A program made the translations under genes and the position numbers. Shown one piece after another: positions 28,251-36,522 of a stretch of 64,000 bases of DNA (position 1 is the stretch's first letter; every line of letters begins with the position of its first letter). Location of the stretch: assembly GCA_937983335.1 (NCBI GenBank), contig CALKAB010000016.1, forward strand, positions 1,106-65,105. Direction: 5' to 3'. Source of the stretch: an uncultured Opitutaceae bacterium. GTDB taxonomy: Bacteria; Verrucomicrobiota; Verrucomicrobiia; Opitutales; Opitutaceae. The notes under the pieces were generated by a model. That model saw nothing but the letters and a program-made list of their open reading frames with translations. It searched no databases and had not been told where the DNA came from.

Positions 28251-29014
28251 ACACCACCCCCGCTCCTTTTTCCCTCGCCGGCCGGACGGCGCTCGTCACC
28301 GGCGGCGGCACCGGCCTTGGGCTGGCGATTGCCCGGTGCCTCGCCGCCTGCGGTGCCAAGGTCATCGTGGCCGGCCGGCGCGAGGCGGAACTGAAGGCCG
28401 CCGTCGCCGAGATCGGTCCGCTCGCCGCCGCGCACGTGCTCGACATCACCGACCTCGCCGCGCTGCCGGCAGCGGCGGAGCAAATCCGCGCCGCGCACGG
28501 ACCGGTGGATCTGCTGGTGAACAACGCCGGCATCAACCTCAAGAAATCCTTCGCCGAGACGTCGGAGGCCGAGCTGCAGTCCATTCTGCAGACGAATGTC
28601 GTGGGCGCCACCGCGCTGACCCGCGCATTGCTGCCCCAGTTGCGGGAGAGCGGCACGGGCAACGTGGTCTTCATCAGCTCGATGGCCGCGCTTTTCGGTA
28701 TTCCCAAGGTCAGCGCCTACTCGATTGCGAAGTCCGCGCTCACCGGGGCGGTGCGCGCACTGGCGGTGGAGTTGGGCGGCGACGGCATCCGGGTGAACGC
28801 CGTCGCGCCGGGCTGGTTCGACACCGCCATGTCGCGCCGGGCCTTTGAGGGCGACCCGGCCCGCAAGGAAAAGATCCTCGCCCGCACCCCGCTCGGCCGG
28901 CTGGGTGATCCGGCGGATGTCGGCTGGGCCGTGGCCTGGCTTTGCACCCCGGCGGCGAAGTTTGTCACCGGCACCGTCATCCCCGTGGACGGGGGCGTAA
29001 GCATCGGGTTTTGA
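28247..29014 (+). CDS. short-chain dehydrogenase/reductase (KduD/gluconate 5-dehydrogenase-like)
   Basis: Internal ATG at 28247 (ATGA overlap with the upstream stop), 255 aa. Motifs VTGGGTGLGLAIA, NNAG and YSIAKSA. Confidence 0.8.
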   Translation: MNTTPAPFSLAGRTALVTGGGTGLGLAIARCLAACGAKVIVAGRREAELKAAVAEIGPLAAAHVLDITDLAALPAAAEQIRAAHGPVDLLVNNAGINLKKSFAETSEAELQSILQTNVVGATALTRALLPQLRESGTGNVVFISSMAALFGIPKVSAYSIAKSALTGAVRALAVELGGDGIRVNAVAPGWFDTAMSRRAFEGDPARKEKILARTPLGRLGDPADVGWAVAWLCTPAAKFVTGTVIPVDGGVSIGF

Positions 29015-29050
29015 CGAAAAGCAGACCATCGGAAACCGGGCCCGGACTTT

Positions 29051-29113
29051 TCCGCGGATAACGCGGATAAAACGAATGGGGATTGAATCCGCGTATATCT
29101 GCGTGATCCGCGG
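29051..29113. repeat. CGCGGAT-word palindromic intergenic element
   Basis: Left arm TCCGCGGATAACGCGGATA (29051-29069). Right arm ATCCGCGTATATCTGCGTGATCCGCGG (29087-29113). Close relative of 8282-8347. Confidence 0.8.
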
Positions 29114-29172
29114 GGAAGGTATTAAGAATTGGATATGGAACTCAGGAAAGCGGGAGCCGGCCTTATGTGGGA

Positions 29173-29242
29173 TTACCCAATGAAGTGACGGAAGGCAGGG
29201 CCTGACCTCCGTGGCGGGCCGCTCGGAGATCGGCCCCTGCCT
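29173..29242 (-). repeat. ~70-bp GC-rich hairpin element, inverted copy
   Basis: TTACCCAATGAAGTGACGG ... GGCGGGCCGCTCGGAGATCGGCCCCTGCC is the reverse complement of the element found at 38562-38630 and 55334-55402. Confidence 0.75.
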
Positions 29243-29378
29243 CTCTCCTGAGGTTGTCTCGTCTTTTTGTAATCCCCGATAATTCTGCTTTTCCTGTTTT
29301 CCACATTCCATGGTTTGACTCCACCATTTAACCTTCCCGCTGGCACGGATTTTGCCTAACTGGGGGCGCCCCTTTCCC

Positions 29379-29492
29379 AATCGTTCTCTTAATCCTAATC
29401 GTTCTCGTTCTCCCGCCTGATCGTTTCCCGCAACCCGCCAAAGCCAATCACCAAGCCAGGAGAACGATTAAGATTACGAGCACGAGAACGAG
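29379..29492. repeat. CGTTCTC-word long imperfect palindrome upstream of kinase K2
   Basis: Left arm AATCGTTCTCTTAATCCTAATCGTTCTCGTTCTCCC (29379-29413). Right arm identical to the K1 copy (29459-29492). Confidence 0.75.
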
Positions 29493-29548
29493 TTCAGCCC
29501 TGATCCTCTCTCCCAATATCTAGCTACGATACCCATGGACGACCTCGA
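29451..29548 (+). promoter_or_regulatory. conserved kinase leader, copy 2 (identical to 8476-8573)
   Basis: See copy 1: 98 of 98 identical positions by direct comparison. Confidence 0.7.
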
Positions 29549-32500
29549 TTTAGGCGCGACGCTCAAGGGCTTCATCCCCGGCCAGAAAGTCTTCAACCGT
29601 TACACGCTGAAGAAAATCCTCGGCCGGGGCGGGATGGGCGTCGTGTGGCTGGCGCGGGACGAGGAGCTGGAGCGCGACGTGGCGCTGAAGTTCCTGCCCG
29701 AGGTCGTGACGCTGGACAAGCAGGCCGTTTACGAACTCAAGCGGGAGACGCGCCGGAGTCTGGAGCTGACGCATTCACACATCGTGCGGATCTATGATTT
29801 CGTCCAGGACAGCCGCACGGCGGCCATCTCGATGGAATATGTGCCGGGCGACACCCTGGCGGCCCTGAAAATGGACCAGCCGGACCGGTGCTACCAGCCG
29901 GAGCAACTGGGCAAGTGGGTGCGGCAGCTCACCGAGGCTCTCGATTATGCGCATCAGAAAGCGGAGCTCGTGCACCGTGACCTGAAGCCCGCGAATCTCA
30001 TGATTGACGGCCGCGGCGACCTGAAGATCGCGGACTTCGGGATCGCGGCGAGCGTGAGCGACTCGGTCTCCCGGGTTTCGCAGCAGGCCGGTTCCTCGGG
30101 CACGCCGGTCTATATGTCGCCCCAGCAGATGATGGGCGAAAAGCCGGCGGTCTCGGATGACATCTACGCCCTTGGGGCGACGCTCTACGATCTCCTCACC
30201 GGCAAGCCGCCGTTCCACTCCGGCAACATCATGATGCAGGTGCAGAGCAAGGTGCCGGCGACACTCGCGGAGCGCCGCGCCGAGCTGAATGTTCCTAATA
30301 CGAACATCCCGGCGGAGTGGGAGGCGACGATCGCGGCGTGTCTGGCGAAGGAGGCGAAGGACCGGCCGCAGAGCGCGGGCGAAGTGCTGGAGCGGCTGAA
30401 TTTTACCACAAAGAGCACAAAGCCGGAGCCGGTAGGGCCGGACCGCCGGGCCGGCCGGACAGAGACGACTCCATCTGGGCAATCGAAAATCGGGAATCGA
30501 AATTCGAAAATTGCGGCGGTGGCGGCGATAGCCGTCATTGCCGTGGCCGGCTGGTATTTCGGCCTGCATACGCCGGAGCAGCGGCGGATTGATAGAGATC
30601 GGTTGCGGGTGGAGCAGACACGGATTGAGAGCGAGCGCCAGCAGGCCGAGGCCAGCCGAATCGCAGCCGAGCGCGAAGCGGAGGCGCAGCGGATTGAGGC
30701 GGCACGGATCGCGGCCGAGCAGGAGGCCGAGCGTGAACGACTTGCCGCCGAGCAAGCGCGGTTGGCGGCGGCGCGCGGAGGCATCATTGTGCGGACGACC
30801 CCGGCGGGCGCGGAGGTGCGGGTGGGGGCGGTGGCGCTTGACAAATCTCCGCTCAATCTGAAGGACCAGCGGCTGGGGAAGTATCCGGTGCGGGTTCGGC
30901 TGGAAGGGTATGAGGATTGGGACGGAGAGGTGGAGGTGAAGGAGAATGAGTTTACGGAGCTGAACGTGCCGCTCGTGCGCAGCGTGGGGACCGTGACACT
31001 TTCCACGGAGCCGGTCGGAATGGACTATGCGATTCGCGGCGAAGTGACGCGCACCGGACGCACCCCCGCCGAACTCAATCTGCCGACCGGCCGCTACGAC
31101 ATCACGTTCCGGCGTCCGGGCTGGCCGGAGCAGGCCAAGACTGTGGAGGTGAGGAAGGGCGCGTCGGTGAACGCGACGGCGGAGTTTGTCCCGGGCTCCT
31201 TGGAGCTGACGAGCGTGCCCAACGGGGCGGAGGTGTGGGCGGGTGGCAAACAGGTGGACGTGACGCCCTACCGGGTGGCGGAGGCCTTGCCCGGGCGCTA
31301 CGACTATGAACTCCGGCTGCCGCGGCACAAGCCGGCGACGGCGACGCTGACCGTTCAGGCCCGCCAGTCGGTGCGGGAGAATGTGCGGCTGGAGGCGAAG
31401 CTTTTCCCAGAGGCGGGCCAGCCGCATGAGAACAGCCTGGGAATGAAGTTCGTGCCGGTGCCGGGAACTAACGTCTTGTTCTCGATCTGGGAAACACGGG
31501 TGCAGGACTACCAACAATTCGTAAATGAAACTAGGCGGGAATGGCCAAAACCAGATTTCTCTCAGGGCTCCACGCATCCGGCTGTGATGATCACCCATGA
31601 CGATGCGGTATCCTTTTGCCAGTGGCTGACTGAGGCAGAGCAACGTGAAGGCCGGCTCGCTCCAAATCAGGAATACCGATTGCCGACGGATGCGGAATGG
31701 AGTATCGCTGTGGGGCCGGATGAGTTCCCGTGGGGTAACCAATGGCCACCGCCGCAAGGAGCGGGCAATTACGCGGACGAAGCAGCCAAGCGGGCGCGTT
31801 ACACGAGCAAGTCGATTATCAGTGGTTATGATGACGGGTTTGCTGCTACCGCTCCGGTTGGCTCCTTCACACCAAACCGCCATGGGCTATATGACATGGG
31901 TGGCAACGTTTGGGAACGAATCGATCATAAGCAAGGAGACTGGTTCCGGGGTGCGTCGTTCGTTGGCCTAAATCGCGCAGCACTCGTCTCTTCTACCGCT
32001 AGTGGGAATGCCTCCCGCCTGAACAACGTCGGTTTCCGTGTGGTTGTGGCCGTCGGGTCGGGCGGGCAGCAGTCGCGTCAGGAGACGGTCGGGTTGGAAA
32101 AGTCAGCGGTTCCTGAAAAGGGCAAGACCTATACCATTCCGGACCTGAATCTTGAAATCCTGCCAATGCCTGCGGGCACGTTTCAGATGGGGAGTGCGTC
32201 GGGTGGGCTCAGTTTCGAGCGGCCGGTGACGCGGGTGACAATCAGCCGCGCCTTCTGGCTGGGAAAGACGGAGGTGACACAGGGGCAGTGGCAGGCGGTG
32301 ATGGGGAACAATCCTTCAAACTTCAAGGGGGCAAATCTGCCGGTGGAGCGAGTCTCATGGGAGGAGGCGATGGAGTTCTGCCGCCGGCTGACGGAGCGGG
32401 AGCGGAGTGTGGGGCGATTGCCGGCAGGGTATGTTTATACGCTGCCCACCGAGGCGCAGTGGGAGTATGCGTGCCGGGCGGGAACAACAGGGGATTATGC

Positions 32501-32819
32501 CGGGGATCTGAATTCCATGGCATGGTATGACCGCAACAGTGGCCGTCGCACCCAGCCGGTGGGGACAAAGCAATCGAATGCGTGGGGCCTGCACGACATG
32601 CACGGCAATCTAGCGGAATGGTGTTTGGACTGGTTTGGTCTGTATAAAGGCGGGAGTGTGACTGATCCTTTGGGTGCATCATCAAGTGATACTCGCGTCA
32701 GTCGTGGCGGCAGTTGGCGGAGCTCTGCCGCTTTCTGTCGCTCTGCCCACCGCGACGGGTATCCTCCACACGATCGCGGCCGCATCGGTTTCCGCATTGC
32801 GTTGGCTCCTTCGCCATAG
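29535..32819 (+). CDS. transmembrane Ser/Thr protein kinase with PEGA repeats and two FGE-sulfatase-like ectodomains (K2, paralogue of 8560..12300)
   Basis: 1094 aa. Colinear with K1: kinase aa 22-290, TM aa ~325-344, coiled coil, 3 PEGA repeats, FGE-like domain 1 aa ~632-838, FGE-like domain 2 aa ~866-1094. It lacks the ~150-aa beta-sandwich insert of K1. Confidence 0.9.
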   Translation: MDDLDLGATLKGFIPGQKVFNRYTLKKILGRGGMGVVWLARDEELERDVALKFLPEVVTLDKQAVYELKRETRRSLELTHSHIVRIYDFVQDSRTAAISMEYVPGDTLAALKMDQPDRCYQPEQLGKWVRQLTEALDYAHQKAELVHRDLKPANLMIDGRGDLKIADFGIAASVSDSVSRVSQQAGSSGTPVYMSPQQMMGEKPAVSDDIYALGATLYDLLTGKPPFHSGNIMMQVQSKVPATLAERRAELNVPNTNIPAEWEATIAACLAKEAKDRPQSAGEVLERLNFTTKSTKPEPVGPDRRAGRTETTPSGQSKIGNRNSKIAAVAAIAVIAVAGWYFGLHTPEQRRIDRDRLRVEQTRIESERQQAEASRIAAEREAEAQRIEAARIAAEQEAERERLAAEQARLAAARGGIIVRTTPAGAEVRVGAVALDKSPLNLKDQRLGKYPVRVRLEGYEDWDGEVEVKENEFTELNVPLVRSVGTVTLSTEPVGMDYAIRGEVTRTGRTPAELNLPTGRYDITFRRPGWPEQAKTVEVRKGASVNATAEFVPGSLELTSVPNGAEVWAGGKQVDVTPYRVAEALPGRYDYELRLPRHKPATATLTVQARQSVRENVRLEAKLFPEAGQPHENSLGMKFVPVPGTNVLFSIWETRVQDYQQFVNETRREWPKPDFSQGSTHPAVMITHDDAVSFCQWLTEAEQREGRLAPNQEYRLPTDAEWSIAVGPDEFPWGNQWPPPQGAGNYADEAAKRARYTSKSIISGYDDGFAATAPVGSFTPNRHGLYDMGGNVWERIDHKQGDWFRGASFVGLNRAALVSSTASGNASRLNNVGFRVVVAVGSGGQQSRQETVGLEKSAVPEKGKTYTIPDLNLEILPMPAGTFQMGSASGGLSFERPVTRVTISRAFWLGKTEVTQGQWQAVMGNNPSNFKGANLPVERVSWEEAMEFCRRLTERERSVGRLPAGYVYTLPTEAQWEYACRAGTTGDYAGDLNSMAWYDRNSGRRTQPVGTKQSNAWGLHDMHGNLAEWCLDWFGLYKGGSVTDPLGASSSDTRVSRGGSWRSSAAFCRSAHRDGYPPHDRGRIGFRIALAPSP

Positions 32820-32883
32820 GCTTTCGCAGTGGCTCTGTGAGCTATGGTGGACAAGCAGTCCGGTAGACGTGAGCTAAAACAGG

Positions 32884-32903
32884 CGCCCGGCGACAGCCGG
32901 GCG
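32884..32903 (+). terminator. GC-rich hairpin downstream of kinase K2 (possible intrinsic terminator)
   Basis: CGCCCGGC-GACA-GCCGGGCG (8-bp perfect stem) followed by GATTTG. The T-tract is weak. Confidence 0.35.
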
Positions 32904-32950
32904 GATTTGCGCGCTTGACGGCGGGGCGGTTTGGCGGAGGGCTTGGGCGC

Positions 32951-33193
32951 ATGGCGACACCCACCGAGGAAAATTTTAACGATTACAAGACGGCGGAAAA
33001 GAAGGCGCTGGAGCTGATGCGCGCGATGCAGGCGGTGAGCCCGAAGAAGAACGACATCGAGCTCGCGCTGCTCGTGGCGATCTTCGAGCTGCACCGCGGC
33101 ACGCTGCCGGCCTCCACCGTCGGCGCCATCGTGCAGGGCCATCTCAAGCAGATCATCCCGTATTACGAGGCGAAGGCCCGGCCGCCGGGCTGA
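32951..33193 (+). CDS. hypothetical small protein
   Basis: ATG at 32951 within ORF 32915..33193 (80 aa: MATPTEENFNDYKTAEKKALELMRAM...). Codon usage looks coding. No recognisable family. Confidence 0.35.
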   Translation: MATPTEENFNDYKTAEKKALELMRAMQAVSPKKNDIELALLVAIFELHRGTLPASTVGAIVQGHLKQIIPYYEAKARPPG

Positions 33194-33264
33194 GGTATCC
33201 GGCATTATTGGGCGGTTTCGGGCAGTGAAGTTTGGTCGCGCGTGAGGTGGAATCGGCCGGCGCT

Positions 33265-33278
33265 TTGACTTGAGTCAA
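33265..33278. promoter_or_regulatory. FNR/Dnr/NnrR-type binding site (TTGAC-N4-GTCAA)
   Basis: Perfect palindrome TTGACTTGAGTCAA, centred about 58 bp upstream of the NirK-like ATG. A TAAACT -10-like hexamer lies at 33300-33305, the spacing expected for a class II FNR-type promoter. A Crp/Fnr regulator is encoded 3 kb downstream. Confidence 0.6.
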
Positions 33279-33329
33279 GGCGGGGCGGGGGATATTTTGT
33301 AAACTACCCCCCTCAACCGAGGAATCCCC

Positions 33330-35156
33330 ATGAAAAACATACCCACCATACTGAGGCGTCGGCTGGCAACCGGCGTGCTCGCAGGCCTTGGCCTGGCGTT
33401 GAATCCGGCCGCAGCCTTGGCCTGCGATGCTTGCAGCGTGACCTTCGGGCGGGAAATCGCCGGCGCACGTTCGGAAAGCTTGGCCGCTGCGGACGTCCGT
33501 CGGGCAATAGAAAAGCAAAGCAACCTCCGCATCGCCGGGCTGACCAGTCCGCATCTGGCGGCTGCAAGCGGCGACACCGTCAGGCCGCCAGCGACCGCAG
33601 CCACGGTTCCCATCGGGCCGACCAAGACGGTCGTGGCGGAGACATGCGGGGATCCGTGCTGTGCGACGAAAGCCGCGGAGCCGGTTAACGGGCACGCCTT
33701 CGCGGGCCGGCCGGTGCCCGAGTATTTCAAGGACTTCGAGTTTCTCGACGTGATTGAGCGCGATTATGCGCTGCCGACGCCGCCGACCTCGACCGTGCCG
33801 CAGGACGCGCCGGTGGACAAGTCGTTCACCGTGGTCCTGCATGAGGGCCAGACCTACCTGGGCAACGGGGTCGTCTATGACGGATTTCTCATGGATGGCG
33901 GCATCCCCGGCCAGACCCTCATTGTCGATGAGGGCGACGTGGTCGAGATGCTGATCGTGAACAAGGGGAATATCCCGCACGGCGCCTCGATCCACGCCGC
34001 CTACACACAGACCTCGAAATACGTCGGCAAGATCAATCCGGGTCAGACCGGCCGCGTGGTCTTCCGCGCCAACACCCCCGGCGTTTACATGTATCACTGC
34101 GCTCCCGGTGGCCACGCGATCGCCATGCATGTGCTCTTCGGCCAATATGGCATGATCGTGGTGCGGCCGAAGGAGAAGTATCGCATGGAGCGCGAGCTGG
34201 GCCGCCCGCCGGACGTGGAACTCTTCCTGATCCAGCACGAGTGGTATGATTCGGGCGCCGCGGCGATTGAGGGCCGGCCCCGTTACGTGACCTTCAACGG
34301 GAAAATGTTCCGCTACGTGGAAGAGCCCATTCTCGCCCGGCCGGGTGACTACGTGCGGATCAATTTTCTCAATATCGGACCCAACCTGCTCTCCACCTTT
34401 CACATCGTGGGCATTATCTGGGACTACATTTACTGGCAGGGACATCCGGAGGCCGTTCTTCCGGGCGGTCAGACGGTCACGGCCGGGCCCAGCGACTCGT
34501 TCGTGATCGAATTCCGCATCCCGCCGGATGAAGGCGCCTACACCATGCTCAGCCACGCGGTGGGTTCCACCAACCGCGGTGCCATCGGCCTGATCGTGGC
34601 CGGCAAGGAAAATACCCCGTCAGGGCAGATCCTAGCCGACGGGCCGGTGCATACGGCCGCGGAGATGGCCGAGATCAAGGCCAAGGCCGTCCGCACGATC
34701 TCGCCGTTTCGGCCGGGCAGCACGGACCGGGAAGAGCCGGCGGTCTTTGGACCTGAGGTGGATACCGTCACCGTGCGCATTCTGGGCAACTCCTATTACC
34801 CGAAGGTGGTGCGCATTGCTCCCGGCACGACGGTGCGCTGGATCAACGAAGACGCCTTCACCTATCTCGCGGGGGAGTATTCCGGCATCCACAATGTCGT
34901 GAGCACTGGTGCCGCTGAGGGCTTCGTATCGCCGCTGCTCGCGCATGGCGAGAGCTTCAGCCATACCTTCGCCGAGGAGGGGGCTTGGAACTACATCTGC
35001 ACGCCGCACCCCTACATGGAGGGCGTGATTGAAGTGGTGAAGCCCAAGACCGTGGCCGCGCCTCCGGCCGGCCTGCCGCCTTGGATCGGGCTGCTGGCGG
35101 CCGCGGCCCTGGCCTTCTCCGCCTTCACGTATCTGACCCTGCGTCGGCGGACCTGA
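33330..35156 (+). CDS. three-domain NirK-like multicopper protein with C-terminal amicyanin-like cupredoxin domain and TM anchor
   Basis: 608 aa.
- Signal peptide, then a Cys-rich N-terminal stretch (CDACSV, CGDPCC).
- NirK-like domain I: IPHGASIHAAY, YMYHCAPGGH.
- NirK-like domain II: FHIVGIIWDYIYW, LSHAVGS.
- C-terminal type-1 Cu signature: GIHNVVS ... NYICTPHPYMEG, amicyanin-like.
- Terminal hydrophobic helix: WIGLLAAAALAFSAFTYL.
- GAGGAA ribosome-binding site 6 nt upstream of the start. Confidence 0.7.
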   Translation: MKNIPTILRRRLATGVLAGLGLALNPAAALACDACSVTFGREIAGARSESLAAADVRRAIEKQSNLRIAGLTSPHLAAASGDTVRPPATAATVPIGPTKTVVAETCGDPCCATKAAEPVNGHAFAGRPVPEYFKDFEFLDVIERDYALPTPPTSTVPQDAPVDKSFTVVLHEGQTYLGNGVVYDGFLMDGGIPGQTLIVDEGDVVEMLIVNKGNIPHGASIHAAYTQTSKYVGKINPGQTGRVVFRANTPGVYMYHCAPGGHAIAMHVLFGQYGMIVVRPKEKYRMERELGRPPDVELFLIQHEWYDSGAAAIEGRPRYVTFNGKMFRYVEEPILARPGDYVRINFLNIGPNLLSTFHIVGIIWDYIYWQGHPEAVLPGGQTVTAGPSDSFVIEFRIPPDEGAYTMLSHAVGSTNRGAIGLIVAGKENTPSGQILADGPVHTAAEMAEIKAKAVRTISPFRPGSTDREEPAVFGPEVDTVTVRILGNSYYPKVVRIAPGTTVRWINEDAFTYLAGEYSGIHNVVSTGAAEGFVSPLLAHGESFSHTFAEEGAWNYICTPHPYMEGVIEVVKPKTVAAPPAGLPPWIGLLAAAALAFSAFTYLTLRRRT

Positions 35157-35193
35157 ACCCGACGCCACCCACCTCAAGCTTCAACCCATTACC

Positions 35194-35715
35194 ATGATGA
35201 AAACACAAACAACCCCCATGACGCTCCCCGGTCTTATCCGCCGGAGCGGTATCGCCGCCGCCGTCCTCCTGTCTTTCTTGGCCACAGGATGCGGCCCGGC
35301 CAAACCTCCGGTGAAGGCTGCCGGCAGCGGTCCGGTGACCGCGATCACCATCACCGGTGATGATCGCATGCGTTTCGCGCCCACCACGTTTACCGTGGCC
35401 CGGGGCACGGAAATAACCGTGACCTTTGACAATATCGGATCCGTGCCGAAAGAGGCCATGGGCCATAACCTCGTGATCCTCAAACCCGGCACGAATGCGA
35501 ACGGCTTTGCGGCTTCCGGGATGGCGCATGCCGCCCGCTCCTACATCGCACCGGAACTGGAAGATCGTGTCGTGGCCTTCACTCCGGTGCTGGGGCCTAA
35601 AGAAAAATACAAACTGGTTTTTACTGCGCCTGACGAGCCGGGCGATTATCCGTTTGTGTGTTCCTTCCCGGGTCATACGCCCGCCGGGATGGTTGGCACG
35701 ATGAAAGTGCAATAG
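35194..35715 (+). CDS. azurin-family blue copper lipoprotein
   Basis: 173 aa. Lipobox LATGC. Azurin ligand contexts MGHNLVIL and FVCSFPGHTPAGMVGTMKV. Confidence 0.8.
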   Translation: MMKTQTTPMTLPGLIRRSGIAAAVLLSFLATGCGPAKPPVKAAGSGPVTAITITGDDRMRFAPTTFTVARGTEITVTFDNIGSVPKEAMGHNLVILKPGTNANGFAASGMAHAARSYIAPELEDRVVAFTPVLGPKEKYKLVFTAPDEPGDYPFVCSFPGHTPAGMVGTMKVQ

Positions 35716-35853
35716 ACTTCAGCCAACCTATATATCCAACTGCCCGACTGCGCGCCATATCTCCCGTAGGTGGCGCCGGGCGGGTCCTCCACCAATCGCG
35801 CCGTGCGATGCCCCCTGCCCTTGGCGGTGAGCAAGCCCCGCGGCGCTGATCCT

Positions 35854-36105
35854 ATGTCCACCCCTCGACCACACTCCACACTTGATGTCCGGCTCATGTT
35901 GGCCCGAGGCGAAGAGCCCTATCCGGCCATCCGGGCCCGGGTGGATGCCTTGCGGCCAGGCGATGGTCTCAAGGTGGTAGCGCCTTTTTTGCCGGCACCG
36001 CTCATCGAGCGCCTGAAGGGTGAGGGGTTTACGGCCAGCGTGGAACATGGTGGCGACGGAGCATGGATCGTGTTTTTTCAACGGCCCCGGGGTGCATCTG
36101 CATGA
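35854..36105 (+). CDS. DUF2249 domain protein
   Basis: Internal ATG at 35854 of ORF 35770..36105 (83 aa). Sequence LDVRLMLARGEEPYPAIRARVDALRPGDGLKVVAPFLPAPLIERLKGEGF fits the DUF2249 pattern. Confidence 0.55.
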   Translation: MSTPRPHSTLDVRLMLARGEEPYPAIRARVDALRPGDGLKVVAPFLPAPLIERLKGEGFTASVEHGGDGAWIVFFQRPRGASA

Positions 36106-36464
36106 GCACTGGCATGAGCACTCTGCTGGATCCGGCGGGCGTGGGCGTCTGCGCATTGTTGGAACCGGTCTGGAACGTGAGCGCGGGCATCGTCAGTCGA
36201 GCGGTGATCGTTACTCCCGGCCTCCGGGTAACCTGGTTTCAATTTTCTGCCGGACAGGAATTGTCGGAACATACCAGCAAGACCCGCGCCTTGGTGCAGA
36301 TCTTGAGCGGAGGCTGCCGGTTTTTTATCGAAGGCCGCGGCCACGATCTCAAACCGGGCGATCTGCTGCATCTGCCGCCAGGTTTGCCCCATGCGGTGAT
36401 CGCGACGGAGGCTTTTGTGATGCTGCTGACCCAAGTTACCGAGCCGGCACCGGACGGGGTTTAG
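36102..36464 (+). CDS. cupin domain protein
   Basis: Internal ATG at 36102 (ATGA overlap with the DUF2249 stop), 120 aa. Cupin-like segments GQELSEHTS ... PGDLLHLPPGLPHAV. Confidence 0.55.
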   Translation: MSTGMSTLLDPAGVGVCALLEPVWNVSAGIVSRAVIVTPGLRVTWFQFSAGQELSEHTSKTRALVQILSGGCRFFIEGRGHDLKPGDLLHLPPGLPHAVIATEAFVMLLTQVTEPAPDGV

Positions 36465-36522
36465 GCGGGACAATCTGCCGGTGCGGGCTTAGTTGCTGGG
36501 CGTGACCCAGAGTGCCCCGGAA

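Noticed and set aside
33330-35156. Calling this gene canonical copper nitrite reductase nirK.
   Set aside because: The residue aligned with the catalytic Asp98 is Ser, and the axial Met position is unclear. The architecture (C-terminal cupredoxin plus TM anchor) is atypical. It is kept as 'NirK-like' without a gene symbol.
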